Part shown: positions 39,793-51,933 of the stretch, piece after piece
Position numbering within the stretch: the stretch's first letter is position 1
Layout: each line of letters begins with the position of its first letter
DNA from: an uncultured Actinomycetes bacterium
GTDB lineage: Bacteria > Actinomycetota > Coriobacteriia > Anaerosomatales > CAVRZR01
Assembly: GCA_963809535.1 (NCBI GenBank)
Contig: CAWEJW010000003.1
Location: 25,987 to 89,986, forward strand
Direction: 5' to 3'
DNA: 64,000 nt
Notes under the pieces: generated by a model
What the model was told of the DNA's origin: nothing
The model's input: only the letters and a program-made list of their open reading frames with translations
Database searches by the model: none
Translations under genes and position numbers: made by a program

Positions 39793-40620
39793 ATGACCAC
39801 ACACGATCCTGACACCATCAAGGAAGCGGTGCGCGACCGCTACGCGGGCCACGCGCGCACAAAGACCTCGTGCTGCTCGTCATCAAGCAGCTGCGGCTCG
39901 GGCTCATCAGCGCTGCTAGTCCCCGGCTACAACGCGGAAGACCTCAGCCAACTCCCGGCCGACGCTGACTTGGGTCTAGGCTGCGGCAACCCGCTGGCGC
40001 TCGAGTCCGTGCGAGAGGGCGAAGTCGTAGTCGACCTCGGCGCAGGCGGCGGCATCGACTGCTTCCTTGCCGCTCGTCGAGTCGGCCCGACAGGGCGCGT
40101 CATCGGCGTCGACATGACGCCGGAGATGGTGCTGCTCGCACAGCGGAACGCAAAGACGACAGGCGTGGAGAACGTCGAATTCCGACTCGGCGAGATCGAA
40201 GATCTGCCGGTGGAGGACGACGTCGCCGACCTGATCATCTCCAACTGTGTCCTCAACCTCGTGCCCGACAAGCGCCGCGCCTTTGCCGAAGCATTCCGGG
40301 TGCTCAAACCCGGCGGCCGCATCTCGGTATCGGACATCGTCACGACCGGGCCGCTGCCCGAGGCCGCGCGCGCGTCCGTTGGAGCGTACGTCGCCTGTCT
40401 CGGGGGAGCACTTCCCCTCGAGGACTACCTTGCAGCGGCGCGCGCGGCAGGGTTCGGCGACGTCCACGTCGCCAGCGAGACCGCGTATGCGACGACCGAC
40501 GACGAAGCTGAGGAACTGCTCGGCGCATTCGCCGACAGCGATGGCATCCCGCGGGATGAAGCTGTGCGAGCTGCTCAGCTGTTCCGAAGCGTCACCGTAC
40601 AGGGCGTGAAGCCCGTGTAG
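39793..40620 (+). CDS. arsM: Arsenite methyltransferase
   Basis: V..RY, SCC, LGLGCGNP, DLGAGGG.D, GVDMT, ISNCVLNL, C.GGA. Confidence 0.9.
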   Translation: MTTHDPDTIKEAVRDRYAGHARTKTSCCSSSSSCGSGSSALLVPGYNAEDLSQLPADADLGLGCGNPLALESVREGEVVVDLGAGGGIDCFLAARRVGPTGRVIGVDMTPEMVLLAQRNAKTTGVENVEFRLGEIEDLPVEDDVADLIISNCVLNLVPDKRRAFAEAFRVLKPGGRISVSDIVTTGPLPEAARASVGAYVACLGGALPLEDYLAAARAAGFGDVHVASETAYATTDDEAEELLGAFADSDGIPRDEAVRAAQLFRSVTVQGVKPV

Positions 40621-40655
40621 GAACGGCTTCGGCGGTCCTCCTACACGAAAGCCAC

Positions 40656-40679
40656 AGGGCGCGGGGCTACCCGCGCCCT
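40656..40679. terminator. Hairpin between convergent arsM and typA
   Basis: AGGGCGCGGG-GCTA-CCCGCGCCCT. Confidence 0.6.
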
Positions 40680-40683
40680 TGCC

Positions 40684-42492
<1,809 letters not shown>

Positions 42493-42641
42493 TGGTTCTC
42501 CGAGGGTTGGCGGCTGGGAGCTGTGCCGCTCACGGGCGAATCGGGGCGCAGCGAAGCCGGGGTCTTCGGCGAGCGGGCTACGTAGACTAGCACGGACCGC
42601 GCCGAGACGCTGCGTCGGGGGTTCCCCCGAGGCGCCGCGGG

Positions 42642-43178
42642 CTATTCCCGCCACATCTCCTCGTGCATGAGCGCTTCGGCAACGCGCACGACGCCGGCGG
42701 CGTCTCCGAGTGCGCCGGGCGTCAGCTCCACAACCATCCACGCCTCGGAAGGCTCGACCGGATAGGGCGGCATGATCCCAAGTGGCTCGGCTGGTTCGAA
42801 CCCGAAACGGGGGTAGTAGCTGGGATGTCCGAGCACGAGCGCGATGCCAAAACCGAGTTCGGCCGCGTGCGCCAGACCCGCGCGCACGAGGGTGCGTCCG
42901 ATGCCGCGACCCTGCCAGTCGGGAGCAACGGCAAGCGGGGCGAGGAGAACCGCATCGATCTCGCCCGCACGAGCGCGAGTGAAGAGAACGTGGCCTACGA
43001 TCGAGTCGGCGCGTTCGGCGACGAGCGAGAGTCCGGGGACGTACGCCTCGCCTGCAACGAGAGCCTCCACAAGCTCCGCTTCGACGTACCCGTCGAAGGC
43101 TGCGCGCTCGACAGCGACAACGCCATCCGCATCATCCGCGGTCGCTACCCGAACACCCATGTCAGCGCTCGTGCTCAC
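42642..43178 (-). CDS. GNAT N-acetyltransferase (YhbS-like)
   Basis: SLVA, VGH..F, LAPLAV, QGRGIG, LGHP.YYPRFGF. Confidence 0.9.
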   Translation of the reverse strand: MSTSADMGVRVATADDADGVVAVERAAFDGYVEAELVEALVAGEAYVPGLSLVAERADSIVGHVLFTRARAGEIDAVLLAPLAVAPDWQGRGIGRTLVRAGLAHAAELGFGIALVLGHPSYYPRFGFEPAEPLGIMPPYPVEPSEAWMVVELTPGALGDAAGVVRVAEALMHEEMWRE

Positions 43179-43273
43179 GACCAGAGTGTAGCCCCGAGGG
43201 TTTCTGCTTCAGCGACTCTGCGACTACCAGACGGAATCGCAGGGTCTTGGCTAGCGCCTCCGGACTGACCTCG

Positions 43274-44566
43274 CTACTTCGCGCGGATCGCGAAGGTCCC
43301 GTCGGCATTGAGTTCGACCGGCGTGGCGAAATCCTCAACCGACAGCCGTCTCACGAGCGCGAGTGAGGTGCGACTCGAGTCGACCTTCGGCACGCCAGGG
43401 TCGGTGATGCGCAGCGAAGTCCACTTGCCCCCAAGCACCCGCCCGTCGGCAGCGACCCTCACGGTGAGGAGTCCCGAAAGCGCGAGGTTGCCGCTGCGGC
43501 CGAAGTTCTTCCACCCCGCGAAGTTGCCGAGGGAGTAGGCGATGAGCCGTCCGCGATACTGCTCCATCCCGCGAACGACGTGCGGTCCGGAACCGAGGAC
43601 CACGTCGGCTCCCGCGTCGATCACGGCGTGGGAGAATGCGCGCGAATCACCGCGAAACTCACCGTATGCGGTCTCACCGCCTGTGGGCGTGTGCGTCTTG
43701 TCCGCACCTTCCGCACCCGCGTGCATGAGCACAACGACTACGTCGGCGACCTTGTCCGCCTCTCGAACGAGCGCTCGTGCGTTGGAGAGGTCTCCGATAG
43801 CCGGACTCAACGAATACGGCGAGAAGCCGAGGAACGCAACCTTGACGCCGTTGACCTTCTTGACGAGGGTCCGGCCCTTCAGCCCCGTGAAGGCAATCCC
43901 GTTCTTGGTGAGTGCGCCTCGCGTCGCCTGCAGGCCGGCCGTGAAGTAGTCGTTCGAATGGTTGTTCGCGAGGTTCACGACGTCGACGCCGGCCCACGCG
44001 AGCGAGGCCGCGTTCGCCGGAGGGGCCTGGAAGGCGAAGCACGCCGAGGAGTCACGCCCGTCGCACTTGGACGGACCACCGTTGCCGAACGTACCCTCCA
44101 GGTTCGCGACCATGATGTCCGGCGCGGTCATGTACTTCCGCGCGTATTCGAAGAGCGCACGACCCCCATTCGGCGGGTTCCCATACTTGGAGCCCGGTGT
44201 GGTGTCTCCGATCCACCCGATCTCGATCTCGGAGGTAGCGGGGGCCGGCGCTGAGGCAGTCCCGGGCTTGCTCGCAGACCCGGGAGCCGTTGCCGGTACT
44301 GCTGTCGAAGAAGCCGCAGCCGCTGTGCCAGTGGCGGCCGGTTCCTGGGAGCTGCGGCGACCGCGTGTCGCGCCGACGTCCAACCGCCCGGACAGGGCGC
44401 CTGCGACGCCGACGATGGCGATGGCTGCGGCGACGACGGTGAGGCCGATGAGGGCTATGCGGCGTCGGCGACGCCTCTGGCGCGCGAGCGAGCTCCTCGC
44501 TCCCTGGCGCTCAAGGAGCCCAGCGTAGGAGTCGCGTCCTCCCTGCTTATGAGGTGACTTGGCCAT
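43274..44566 (-). CDS. CapA family (PGA_cap) membrane-anchored metallophosphoesterase-like protein
   Basis: TM and linker; GD, NLEG, LANNH, H.G.E, G.GPHV, YSLGNF. Confidence 0.9.
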   Translation of the reverse strand: MAKSPHKQGGRDSYAGLLERQGARSSLARQRRRRRRIALIGLTVVAAAIAIVGVAGALSGRLDVGATRGRRSSQEPAATGTAAAASSTAVPATAPGSASKPGTASAPAPATSEIEIGWIGDTTPGSKYGNPPNGGRALFEYARKYMTAPDIMVANLEGTFGNGGPSKCDGRDSSACFAFQAPPANAASLAWAGVDVVNLANNHSNDYFTAGLQATRGALTKNGIAFTGLKGRTLVKKVNGVKVAFLGFSPYSLSPAIGDLSNARALVREADKVADVVVVLMHAGAEGADKTHTPTGGETAYGEFRGDSRAFSHAVIDAGADVVLGSGPHVVRGMEQYRGRLIAYSLGNFAGWKNFGRSGNLALSGLLTVRVAADGRVLGGKWTSLRITDPGVPKVDSSRTSLALVRRLSVEDFATPVELNADGTFAIRAK

Positions 44567-44747
44567 GTTTCCCTTGCGCCACTCTAGCCGCTCGCGCCCG
44601 AGCCTTCCACTCGCCCTTCCGTCCTCGTCGCTGATAGACTCGAGCATGGCACTCCCTTGCGGATCGCGTGCACACAGTCGACGCCCAGCCCCCGTTCCAC
44701 TTCTGCCAGCCGAGGCAGGATCGCAGCTCGAGGTTAGTTACGAGACG

Positions 44748-45755
44748 ATGAAACCCCGGACGCGAAAGGGGCTCAAGATAGCCGGCATCATCGCAGGCAG
44801 TCTTGTTGCGGTCGTTCTTCTGGCGACGCTCATTCTTCTGCACCGACTGAACAGAGTCGCGTTGCCCTCCAATCCGCGGGCCGCAGCGACCTACGAGGAG
44901 GCAGTAGGGCGCATCGCCGAACTGAAGGCTCGCGACGGCGACGACATCTTCAGGCCGACCATCTTCCTCGACCAGGGAGGCCGGGTAGAGACCGCTGTGG
45001 TGCTCTTTCACGGGTTTACCAACAACCCCGAGCAGTTCGAACGGATCGGTCGGGACTACTATGCGGCCGGCTACAACGTGCTCATTCCCCGCTTGCCCGA
45101 GCACGGACAGAGAGACCTCATGACTCGCGACCTGTCCAAGATCACCTCCGCGAGGCTGGCCGACGCGATGAACGAGGCGGTCGATATCGCAGCGGGACTG
45201 GGGGAGAAGGTCGAAGCGGTTGGTCTGTCTGGCGGCGGCACACTGGCTGCTCTCGCTGCGCGCGATCGCGAGGAGGTCTCCAAGGCGGTCATCATCTCCC
45301 CGCTCTTCGGGGTCGACTTCTTGCCCAACTCCGTCGTGCGACTCGCCGTCGCTTGGAGCCACGTGCTGCCGGACGTGTACGTGTGGTGGGACCCGGGACT
45401 CAAGGAGAAGCATCTGCCGCCCGATGCGTACCCGCGCTACTCGCTCAAGTCCGTCGGAGCCTTCTTCGAAGTCGCCTTCGACGTCACGAGCGGGAATCCC
45501 AAGCGACGTGGCAAGCTCGACCGCGTCGTCTTGATCACCAACGCTGCCGACCGCACGATCGACGAGGCTCGAGCCAGACGCGCTGTCTCCCAAGCACTCG
45601 AGCCTCTCGCGGCCGACTACGAGGCATTCGAGTTCCCTCGTCACGCAGGCCATGCTCACGACCTCATCGACTCGAGCGGGCTGAACGCAGAGAACATCGA
45701 TGCCATCTACGGCAAGGTGTATCCGTACCTCGGTCTTCCGCCGCGCGAGAACTAG
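44748..45755 (+). CDS. Membrane-anchored alpha/beta hydrolase
   Basis: N-terminal TM; FHGF, P.HG, GLSGGG, D and H. Confidence 0.85.
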   Translation: MKPRTRKGLKIAGIIAGSLVAVVLLATLILLHRLNRVALPSNPRAAATYEEAVGRIAELKARDGDDIFRPTIFLDQGGRVETAVVLFHGFTNNPEQFERIGRDYYAAGYNVLIPRLPEHGQRDLMTRDLSKITSARLADAMNEAVDIAAGLGEKVEAVGLSGGGTLAALAARDREEVSKAVIISPLFGVDFLPNSVVRLAVAWSHVLPDVYVWWDPGLKEKHLPPDAYPRYSLKSVGAFFEVAFDVTSGNPKRRGKLDRVVLITNAADRTIDEARARRAVSQALEPLAADYEAFEFPRHAGHAHDLIDSSGLNAENIDAIYGKVYPYLGLPPREN

Positions 45756-45917
45756 AACGCGCCACAACCGGCGAAAGACGAGACGGCAGCCGTCGTGCCG
45801 GGGTAGCGACAAGCGGCGAAACGAGGCACTCTTCAGAGGGTAAGCGCTGAGCGTCCCTTGGCCGCTCTTCTGCTCGAAGCCGGCTGAGCCCGCCGCCACG
45901 GAGAAAGGCCGCGTGAC

Positions 45918-47168
45918 GTGGACAAACGCTTCATCGTGGAGACCGTCACTGCCCAGACGCAGTTGGAGGAGGCGGCTCCCGCCCTGCTGCAGGCGAAGGC
46001 GGAACCGCTGTTCGCGCTTGAAGCGGCGGCGGCCGGCGGCGCGGACATGGACGCCGTCCACGACATGCGGGTCGCTTCGCGGCGTCTCCGGGAGGCGATG
46101 CGCCTGCTCGCCCCCGTCTATCCGAGCAGCCGGTTCAAGGCGTGGTACCGACGTGTCCGACGGATCACCCGAGCCCTCGGTCCCGTCCGTGACTCTGACG
46201 TCTTCATCGACTACTTCTCGAGGCTTCCCGGCGAGCTGAGCGAAGAAGGCCGACGATGCGTCGTGTTCATGATCGGCTACCGGATGGGACAGCGCGAACA
46301 CGAGCTCGAAGTCCTCAATCGCGAGCTCGCGAAGCTCGATCTCGCCGACTCTCGCCAGACCTTCTCAGTGATGGCGAGATCCGTCGGCGGTTCAGCTGAC
46401 GCGAAGCGACCGCTCGCCGACTTTGCCCATGCCGCCATTGCGGAGCGCGCCGCGCAGGTCTTCGGCGCACAGCCGTTGGCCCTGGAGCAGGAGAACGTCC
46501 TCGATCAGCACGCACTGAGGATCCACTACAAGAGGCTGCGATACGCGGCCGAAGCATTTGCATCGTGCTACGGGGAGGATTTCGACGAGCTCCACGAGAC
46601 GCTGACGGCCTTCCAGGACGCCCTGGGCGATCTGCATGACGTGCACGTCTTCATGGGCATGGTCGTCTCGCCCGACCGCGTCGAGGCCGCGAGGCGCGCG
46701 GGTGTGAGCACGGACGGCATCGACGAGTTGGAGCGGGTACTCGCAGGCCGCGCGCAAGAGCAGTTCGAGCGATTCGCCCGGCTGGCCGGTAGGCACCCCG
46801 CCGAGCGCCTTCTGCCGATGCTGCTTCTGCCTCTTTCCAGACCGCAACCTGCCGCAGCGGACGTCGAGCCGGAAGTCCTCGAGCCGGAAGCGGCAACCGC
46901 TGAGGATCCGATGGCTCGGAACCTCGCAGGCGACGCAGACGTCCAGCCCCCCGCCGGCGAGGCGACAGGTGCGGACGCCGAAGGGCCTTCGCCTCTGCCC
47001 GAGAGTCCGGTTGCTGAGGACATCATGGGCCCGACCTCGGTGAAGGAGCTGTTGGCCGATCCGATCCCGCCGGCGTTTCCGGCGTCGGCTGAAGAGCTGG
47101 CCACCACGGCTCGAAGGGCCGCTGGCGCCCGACGGACGCGCGGGTCGGGAGACGCGGAGACTCAGTAG
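45918..47168 (+). CDS. CHAD domain protein with acidic disordered tail
   Basis: VHDMRVASRRLR, LG.VRD.DV, HALRI..KRLRY, QD.LGDLHD. Confidence 0.92.
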   Translation: MDKRFIVETVTAQTQLEEAAPALLQAKAEPLFALEAAAAGGADMDAVHDMRVASRRLREAMRLLAPVYPSSRFKAWYRRVRRITRALGPVRDSDVFIDYFSRLPGELSEEGRRCVVFMIGYRMGQREHELEVLNRELAKLDLADSRQTFSVMARSVGGSADAKRPLADFAHAAIAERAAQVFGAQPLALEQENVLDQHALRIHYKRLRYAAEAFASCYGEDFDELHETLTAFQDALGDLHDVHVFMGMVVSPDRVEAARRAGVSTDGIDELERVLAGRAQEQFERFARLAGRHPAERLLPMLLLPLSRPQPAAADVEPEVLEPEAATAEDPMARNLAGDADVQPPAGEATGADAEGPSPLPESPVAEDIMGPTSVKELLADPIPPAFPASAEELATTARRAAGARRTRGSGDAETQ

Positions 47169-47199
47169 ACCGAGCGCACGCCGGAGGCTCGGGGTAATG

Positions 47200-47634
47200 T
47201 CAGATGGCCTTGTGGCGGCCCAACAGCCGGTCAAATGCCGAGAGGGCTTTGAGCTGCTCGATCCGCTCACGCTGAGTCTCGAGCTCCGCCTGGAGCTTCT
47301 CTGACCGGCTCTGCTCGGTCTCGAGCGCCTTTTGCTGCTCCTGGGCGATCGCTCGTGCCCAGGCCACCTGGACGAGCAGATCCGAACGATCGGACTCAAG
47401 CTGCGTGATGCGGGCGAGGGCTGTGCGCTCGTCGAGGCCGGCTGGCGATCCCACGAACCCCTGGAGGGTCCGGACATCGGCCTCCGACAGCATGAACGTG
47501 CCGTTGCGTTTGTTGCCGACGCGCTCCGGGCTGATGATGCCTGCCTTGATCTGTCGGCGAATCCACTTCGGCGTCACGCCGATGATCTCGGCGGCCTGTT
47601 TGAGGGTTGTGCCCTGCTTGACCAGTCTCTTCAC
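47200..47634 (-). CDS. HTH (excisionase/MerR-like) plus coiled-coil protein
   Basis: TLKQAAEIIGVTPKWIRRQIKAG; heptad-rich C-terminus. Confidence 0.78.
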   Translation of the reverse strand: MKRLVKQGTTLKQAAEIIGVTPKWIRRQIKAGIISPERVGNKRNGTFMLSEADVRTLQGFVGSPAGLDERTALARITQLESDRSDLLVQVAWARAIAQEQQKALETEQSRSEKLQAELETQRERIEQLKALSAFDRLLGRHKAI

Positions 47635-47754
47635 CCTCTTGCCTCTGAGCCGTGAGCCGGTTGTACCCGCAGCCGAGTGTAGCGCATGGTAGCGTGGACT
47701 GAGGCGTGGAGGCCGGGGGGTTGCAGGCGCTCCGCATGTGCAGGAAGGGACGCA

Positions 47755-48246
47755 ATGGCGTCAGAGGGCGTTGAGATCGAACGGAAGTTCCTCGTGGCGG
47801 ACGACCCGCCTGGCTTGAGGAGCTCCCCATCGTCCCAACTTCGCCAGGGGTACCTGGCGGTCGGCTCGGACGCTGAAGTCAGGCTTCGTGACGACGGGCA
47901 TGCCCAGACACTCACCGTGAAGTCGGGATCGGGTCTTGAGCGCGGAGAAGTCGAAGTGGAGCTTTCGGCCGAGCAGTTCGAGGCGCTCTGGCCGGCCACG
48001 GTCGGCAAGCGGCTTGTGAAACATCGCTTCGAGCTGCCCGCGGGCAAGTGGATCCACCAATTGGATGTCTATACAGGGCCACTCGAAGGACTCAAGGTCG
48101 TTGAGGTCGAGTTCCCTTCGGCTGCCGACGCGACGGCCTTCGAGCCTCCAGGTTGGTTCGGCCGAGAGATCACGAACGACACGCGGTATAGGAACGCATC
48201 GCTGGCGCTCCATGGCCCGCCAGAGAAGGGAGAGGCTGCCGGGTGA
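47755..48246 (+). CDS. CYTH domain protein
   Basis: EIERKF, QGYL, RLR, K.R, EVEF, W.G.EIT. Confidence 0.92.
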   Translation: MASEGVEIERKFLVADDPPGLRSSPSSQLRQGYLAVGSDAEVRLRDDGHAQTLTVKSGSGLERGEVEVELSAEQFEALWPATVGKRLVKHRFELPAGKWIHQLDVYTGPLEGLKVVEVEFPSAADATAFEPPGWFGREITNDTRYRNASLALHGPPEKGEAAG

Positions 48247-49187
48247 GGATCGCGGCCATCGATATCGGAACGAACTCCATCCACTGCACCATCTTCGAGG
48301 TGCTCGTCGGCGGGCGGCGCAAGGTCCTGGACGACGAGAGGGCCTACACCCGACTCGGGCGTGGTACGCCTGAGACTGGGCGTCTTTCTGACTCGGCGAT
48401 GCAGGACTCCATCGTGGCTCTCAGCCGGATGCTGCAGTTCGCCGAGACCTACGAGGTCTCCCGCGTGCGTGCGGTCGCGACGGCAGCCGTCCGCGAGGCG
48501 TCCAACGGCAAGGAGTTCGTCGCCAGGATCGGCGAGGAGCTCGGCCTGGACGTCGAAGTCGTCTCCGAAGAAGAGGAGGGCCGGCTCGTCTTTCTGAGCG
48601 CCGCTGACAGCTTCGGGATCGAAGGTCGCTGGGCAGTCGTCGATATCGGCGGTGGGTCGGTCGAGATCGTGCACGCCCTGAACAGGCAGATCGAGTTCGT
48701 CACGTCACTCCGTCTGGGCGCGGTGTACCTTTCCGAGCAGTTTCACCACCTGGACCCGATGCCGAGCGAGGACTACGAGCAGCTCGTCGCGCACGTCCGG
48801 CACTCCATCGCCGATGCGCTCGGCAACGAGCGCCAGCCGGTATTCCGACTCGTGGGTTCGGGAGGAACAGTGAGTTCCGTCGGCGGGCTCATCGCCGCCG
48901 AGCGCGAACCGGCAGTGTCGAGCCTCCACGGCTTCGAGTTCACAAGGGCAGACCTCACCCACATACTGGCGTCGCTACAGGGCACGACCGCGGCGGAGCG
49001 CGCCGCGCTGAAAGGGATGCCCGAGAACCGAGTCGATATCATCATCGAAGGTGCCGTCGTGCTCGAGGAATCGATGCGTGCACTTGGTGCGAATGGGGTG
49101 ATCGTGAACCTGCGCGGCATCCGCGAGGGCATGGTCATCGACGCGATGCGGCGCGAGCGAAGTGCCCGGACCAGTCCAGCTAGGTGA
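48243..49187 (+). CDS. ppx: Ppx/GppA phosphatase (no HD domain)
   Basis: AIDIGTNS, ATAAVREA.N, EEG, DIGGGS.E, GIREG. Confidence 0.9.
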   Translation: MRIAAIDIGTNSIHCTIFEVLVGGRRKVLDDERAYTRLGRGTPETGRLSDSAMQDSIVALSRMLQFAETYEVSRVRAVATAAVREASNGKEFVARIGEELGLDVEVVSEEEEGRLVFLSAADSFGIEGRWAVVDIGGGSVEIVHALNRQIEFVTSLRLGAVYLSEQFHHLDPMPSEDYEQLVAHVRHSIADALGNERQPVFRLVGSGGTVSSVGGLIAAEREPAVSSLHGFEFTRADLTHILASLQGTTAAERAALKGMPENRVDIIIEGAVVLEESMRALGANGVIVNLRGIREGMVIDAMRRERSARTSPAR

Positions 49188-49269
49188 CCCGTCACAAAGC
49201 GTTCACCACATCGGGCGTCTTTTGCCTCAGAATCGACGTAGTGGTGCCCGGCTACCGTAGGGACATCGG

Positions 49270-51432
49270 GTGAGCAAGCGAGCAGTTGAAGAGCGCGGAA
49301 GCGACGCCGAGATCCTCCAGGACGAGCGCACCGATGAGGTCGACCTCGACGACCCCGCGCTGTACCTGAACCGCGAGTTCGAACTCCTGAGTTTCCAGGA
49401 GCGGGTGTTGGAGGAAGCAGCCGATCCCACCAATCCACTTCTCGAGCGAGTCCGTTTCCTGGCAATCCTCGGCTCGAACCTGGCCGAGTTCTACATGGTG
49501 CGCCTCGCTGGGCTCAGGCAGATGGTGGAAGCGCACGTATCCGAGATATCTCTCGACGGGCTGACCGCCAAAGAGCAGCTCGACACCGCCCGTGAGCGAG
49601 CTTCCGATCTGATGAAGCGCAGCAGGGTGGCGTACGCGGAACTGCACGCGGAGCTTTCCGCGGCGGGCATCTACCTGCTCGACTATGACCAACTGGACGC
49701 ATCCCAGAAGGCCGCAGCCGACCAGTACTACGACGAGTACGTGTTCCCGGTGCTGACTCCGCTCGCGTTCGATCCCGGCAGGCCCTTCCCGCATATCTCG
49801 AATCTGAGCCTCAACCTCGCGGTTCTCGTTCGGAGCGCCGAGGGCGAGGAGCACTTCGCGCGAGTCAAGGTCCCAACGGCCATGTCGCGGCTCGTGGACG
49901 TCGGCCTGCCCGAACGTCGAACTGCCCGCGAGGGAGTGAGCCGCAAGCGTGAGCACCATTTCGTCTGGCTGGAGCAGCTCATCGCCGCGCATCTCGGTTC
50001 TCTCTTCCTCGGCATGGAAGTGGTCGAGGCACATCCATTCAGGGTCACGCGAGACGCCGAAGTCGCGATCCAGGAGCTAGAAGCTGACGACCTGCTGCTC
50101 ACGATCGAGCAGGGGGTGCGAAAGCGCCGATTCGGCGACGTGGTGCGCGTCTCCGTCACGCCGAACACGCCGGAATCCGTGCTGCAGATACTCGTGCGCA
50201 ACCTCGAGGTGGATCCGGCCGATCTGGTGGAGCTCACGCCGCCCTTGGGAGCGTCCGGCTTGATCGAACTCTACGAAGTCGACAGGCCCGATCTGAAGTA
50301 CAAGCCGTTCACGCCTGCAGTCTCTCAGGATCTCTCTGCGAAGGACCCTGATGTCCTGTTCAAAGCGGTGCGCAAGGGCGACTACCTGCTGCATCGGCCG
50401 TTCGACTCGTTCGAACCGGTTGTTCGGCTCATCCAACTCGCCGCCCGTGACCCGAAGGTCCTCGCGATCAAGATGACGCTCTACCGAGTCGGCCGCGAAT
50501 CGCCCATCGTCGCCGCGCTGCTCGACGCCGCCCAAGAGGGCAAGGAAGTGACCGCGCTCGTCGAGCTCAAGGCCCGGTTCGACGAGGAGAGCAACATCGA
50601 CTGGGCGCGTGCACTCGAGGCGGAGGGGGTCCACGTCGTCTACGGACTCGTTGGCCTCAAGACTCACTGCAAGGTCACGCTCGTGGTCCGTCGAGAGAAA
50701 CGAATGATCCGGCGATACGTGCACGTGGGGACGGGCAACTACAACACGTCGACGGCTGTCCAATACACGGATCTTGACCTGCTCACCAGCGACGAGAGGA
50801 TCGTCGAGGACGCGGCGCAGCTCTTCAACGCGCTGACGGGGTATGCGGCGTCACAGCACTACGACACGTTCGCCGTTTCGCCACAGGGCATCCGTGAGAG
50901 ACTCGAGTCCTTGATCGAGCGCGAGAAGGCGCTTGGCGCCGCCGGACGACCCGCGCACATCATCCTGAAGACGAACGCGCTGACGGACGGGCGGATGATC
51001 AGATCGCTCTATGAGGCTTCCCGGGCGGGCGTCCGGATCGACTTGATAGTCAGGGGCATTTGCTGTCTCCGTCCTGGCCTTCCCGGGGTGAGCGAGAACA
51101 TCCGCGTGCGCAGCATCCTAGGGCGATTCCTCGAGCACACGAGGATCTACTACTTCGGCAACGACGGGGAGCCTGAGTGCCTCATCGGCAGCGCGGATCT
51201 GATGGGCCGCAACTTGGACCGTCGGATCGAGGTCTTGACGCCGGTATTCGACACGGACCTCGTGACGCGCCTCCGTGCTGCCCTCGACACCTACCTGGTA
51301 GACAACGTCAAGGCACGCGAGATGCATTCGGACGGCAGCTACGTCCGAGCGCGACCTGCGGGTGAAGATGGGCTCGTCGACGCACAGGCGCTGCTCATGG
51401 AGATGAGTGGCACGGCAGCGCTAGCGAAGTAG
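49270..51432 (+). CDS. ppk1: Polyphosphate kinase 1
   Basis: NRE..L.F..RVL, EF..VR.AGL, PFP.ISN, ELKARFDE, KTH.K, TGNYN, GRFLEH, SADLM.RNLDRR. Confidence 0.96.
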   Translation: MSKRAVEERGSDAEILQDERTDEVDLDDPALYLNREFELLSFQERVLEEAADPTNPLLERVRFLAILGSNLAEFYMVRLAGLRQMVEAHVSEISLDGLTAKEQLDTARERASDLMKRSRVAYAELHAELSAAGIYLLDYDQLDASQKAAADQYYDEYVFPVLTPLAFDPGRPFPHISNLSLNLAVLVRSAEGEEHFARVKVPTAMSRLVDVGLPERRTAREGVSRKREHHFVWLEQLIAAHLGSLFLGMEVVEAHPFRVTRDAEVAIQELEADDLLLTIEQGVRKRRFGDVVRVSVTPNTPESVLQILVRNLEVDPADLVELTPPLGASGLIELYEVDRPDLKYKPFTPAVSQDLSAKDPDVLFKAVRKGDYLLHRPFDSFEPVVRLIQLAARDPKVLAIKMTLYRVGRESPIVAALLDAAQEGKEVTALVELKARFDEESNIDWARALEAEGVHVVYGLVGLKTHCKVTLVVRREKRMIRRYVHVGTGNYNTSTAVQYTDLDLLTSDERIVEDAAQLFNALTGYAASQHYDTFAVSPQGIRERLESLIEREKALGAAGRPAHIILKTNALTDGRMIRSLYEASRAGVRIDLIVRGICCLRPGLPGVSENIRVRSILGRFLEHTRIYYFGNDGEPECLIGSADLMGRNLDRRIEVLTPVFDTDLVTRLRAALDTYLVDNVKAREMHSDGSYVRARPAGEDGLVDAQALLMEMSGTAALAK

Positions 51433-51900
51433 CGAGGGCGGCACGAGCCATCGAAGCTCCCCGCTCAGCGGTGTCCCCGAGAACAGGTCGATTCTGACCA
51501 GGCCTGCCTTCTTCAACACGAACGTTCCGCCGCCCACCAATTCGGAGACCACGCTGCTCATAGACGGCTCGTGGCCCACGAGCAACACTGAATCCAGCGT
51601 CCGATGCGGCTCGAGCATGTCTGCGAGCGAATCGAGAGTGAACGCCGCCGGCTCGAGGCCGTGCTCCTCAAGGAGCGGCACCTCTTCACCGAGCACGTCT
51701 CGAAGTATCGTGGCAGTCCGCAAGGCGCGCTCGTAGGGGCTCGTCAGAATCACTCCGACGCCGAGCTCGAGCGCCTTGATCCTCCTAGACACCGAGCGGA
51801 CCACCAACTCGCCCGACTCCGAGAGCGGACGTTGGTCGTCCGCTGCATCCCACTCGCTGCGTGAGAGTGCCGGTCCGTGGCGATAGAAATAGAGTCTCAC
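51421..51900 (-). CDS. sixA: SixA-type phosphohistidine phosphatase
   Basis: RHG, RPL, TSP..RA..TA, VGHEP. Confidence 0.88.
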   Translation of the reverse strand: MRLYFYRHGPALSRSEWDAADDQRPLSESGELVVRSVSRRIKALELGVGVILTSPYERALRTATILRDVLGEEVPLLEEHGLEPAAFTLDSLADMLEPHRTLDSVLLVGHEPSMSSVVSELVGGGTFVLKKAGLVRIDLFSGTPLSGELRWLVPPSLLR

Positions 51901-51933
51901 GCTACATCCCATCTCATCGACGCGGCCGCTGGC

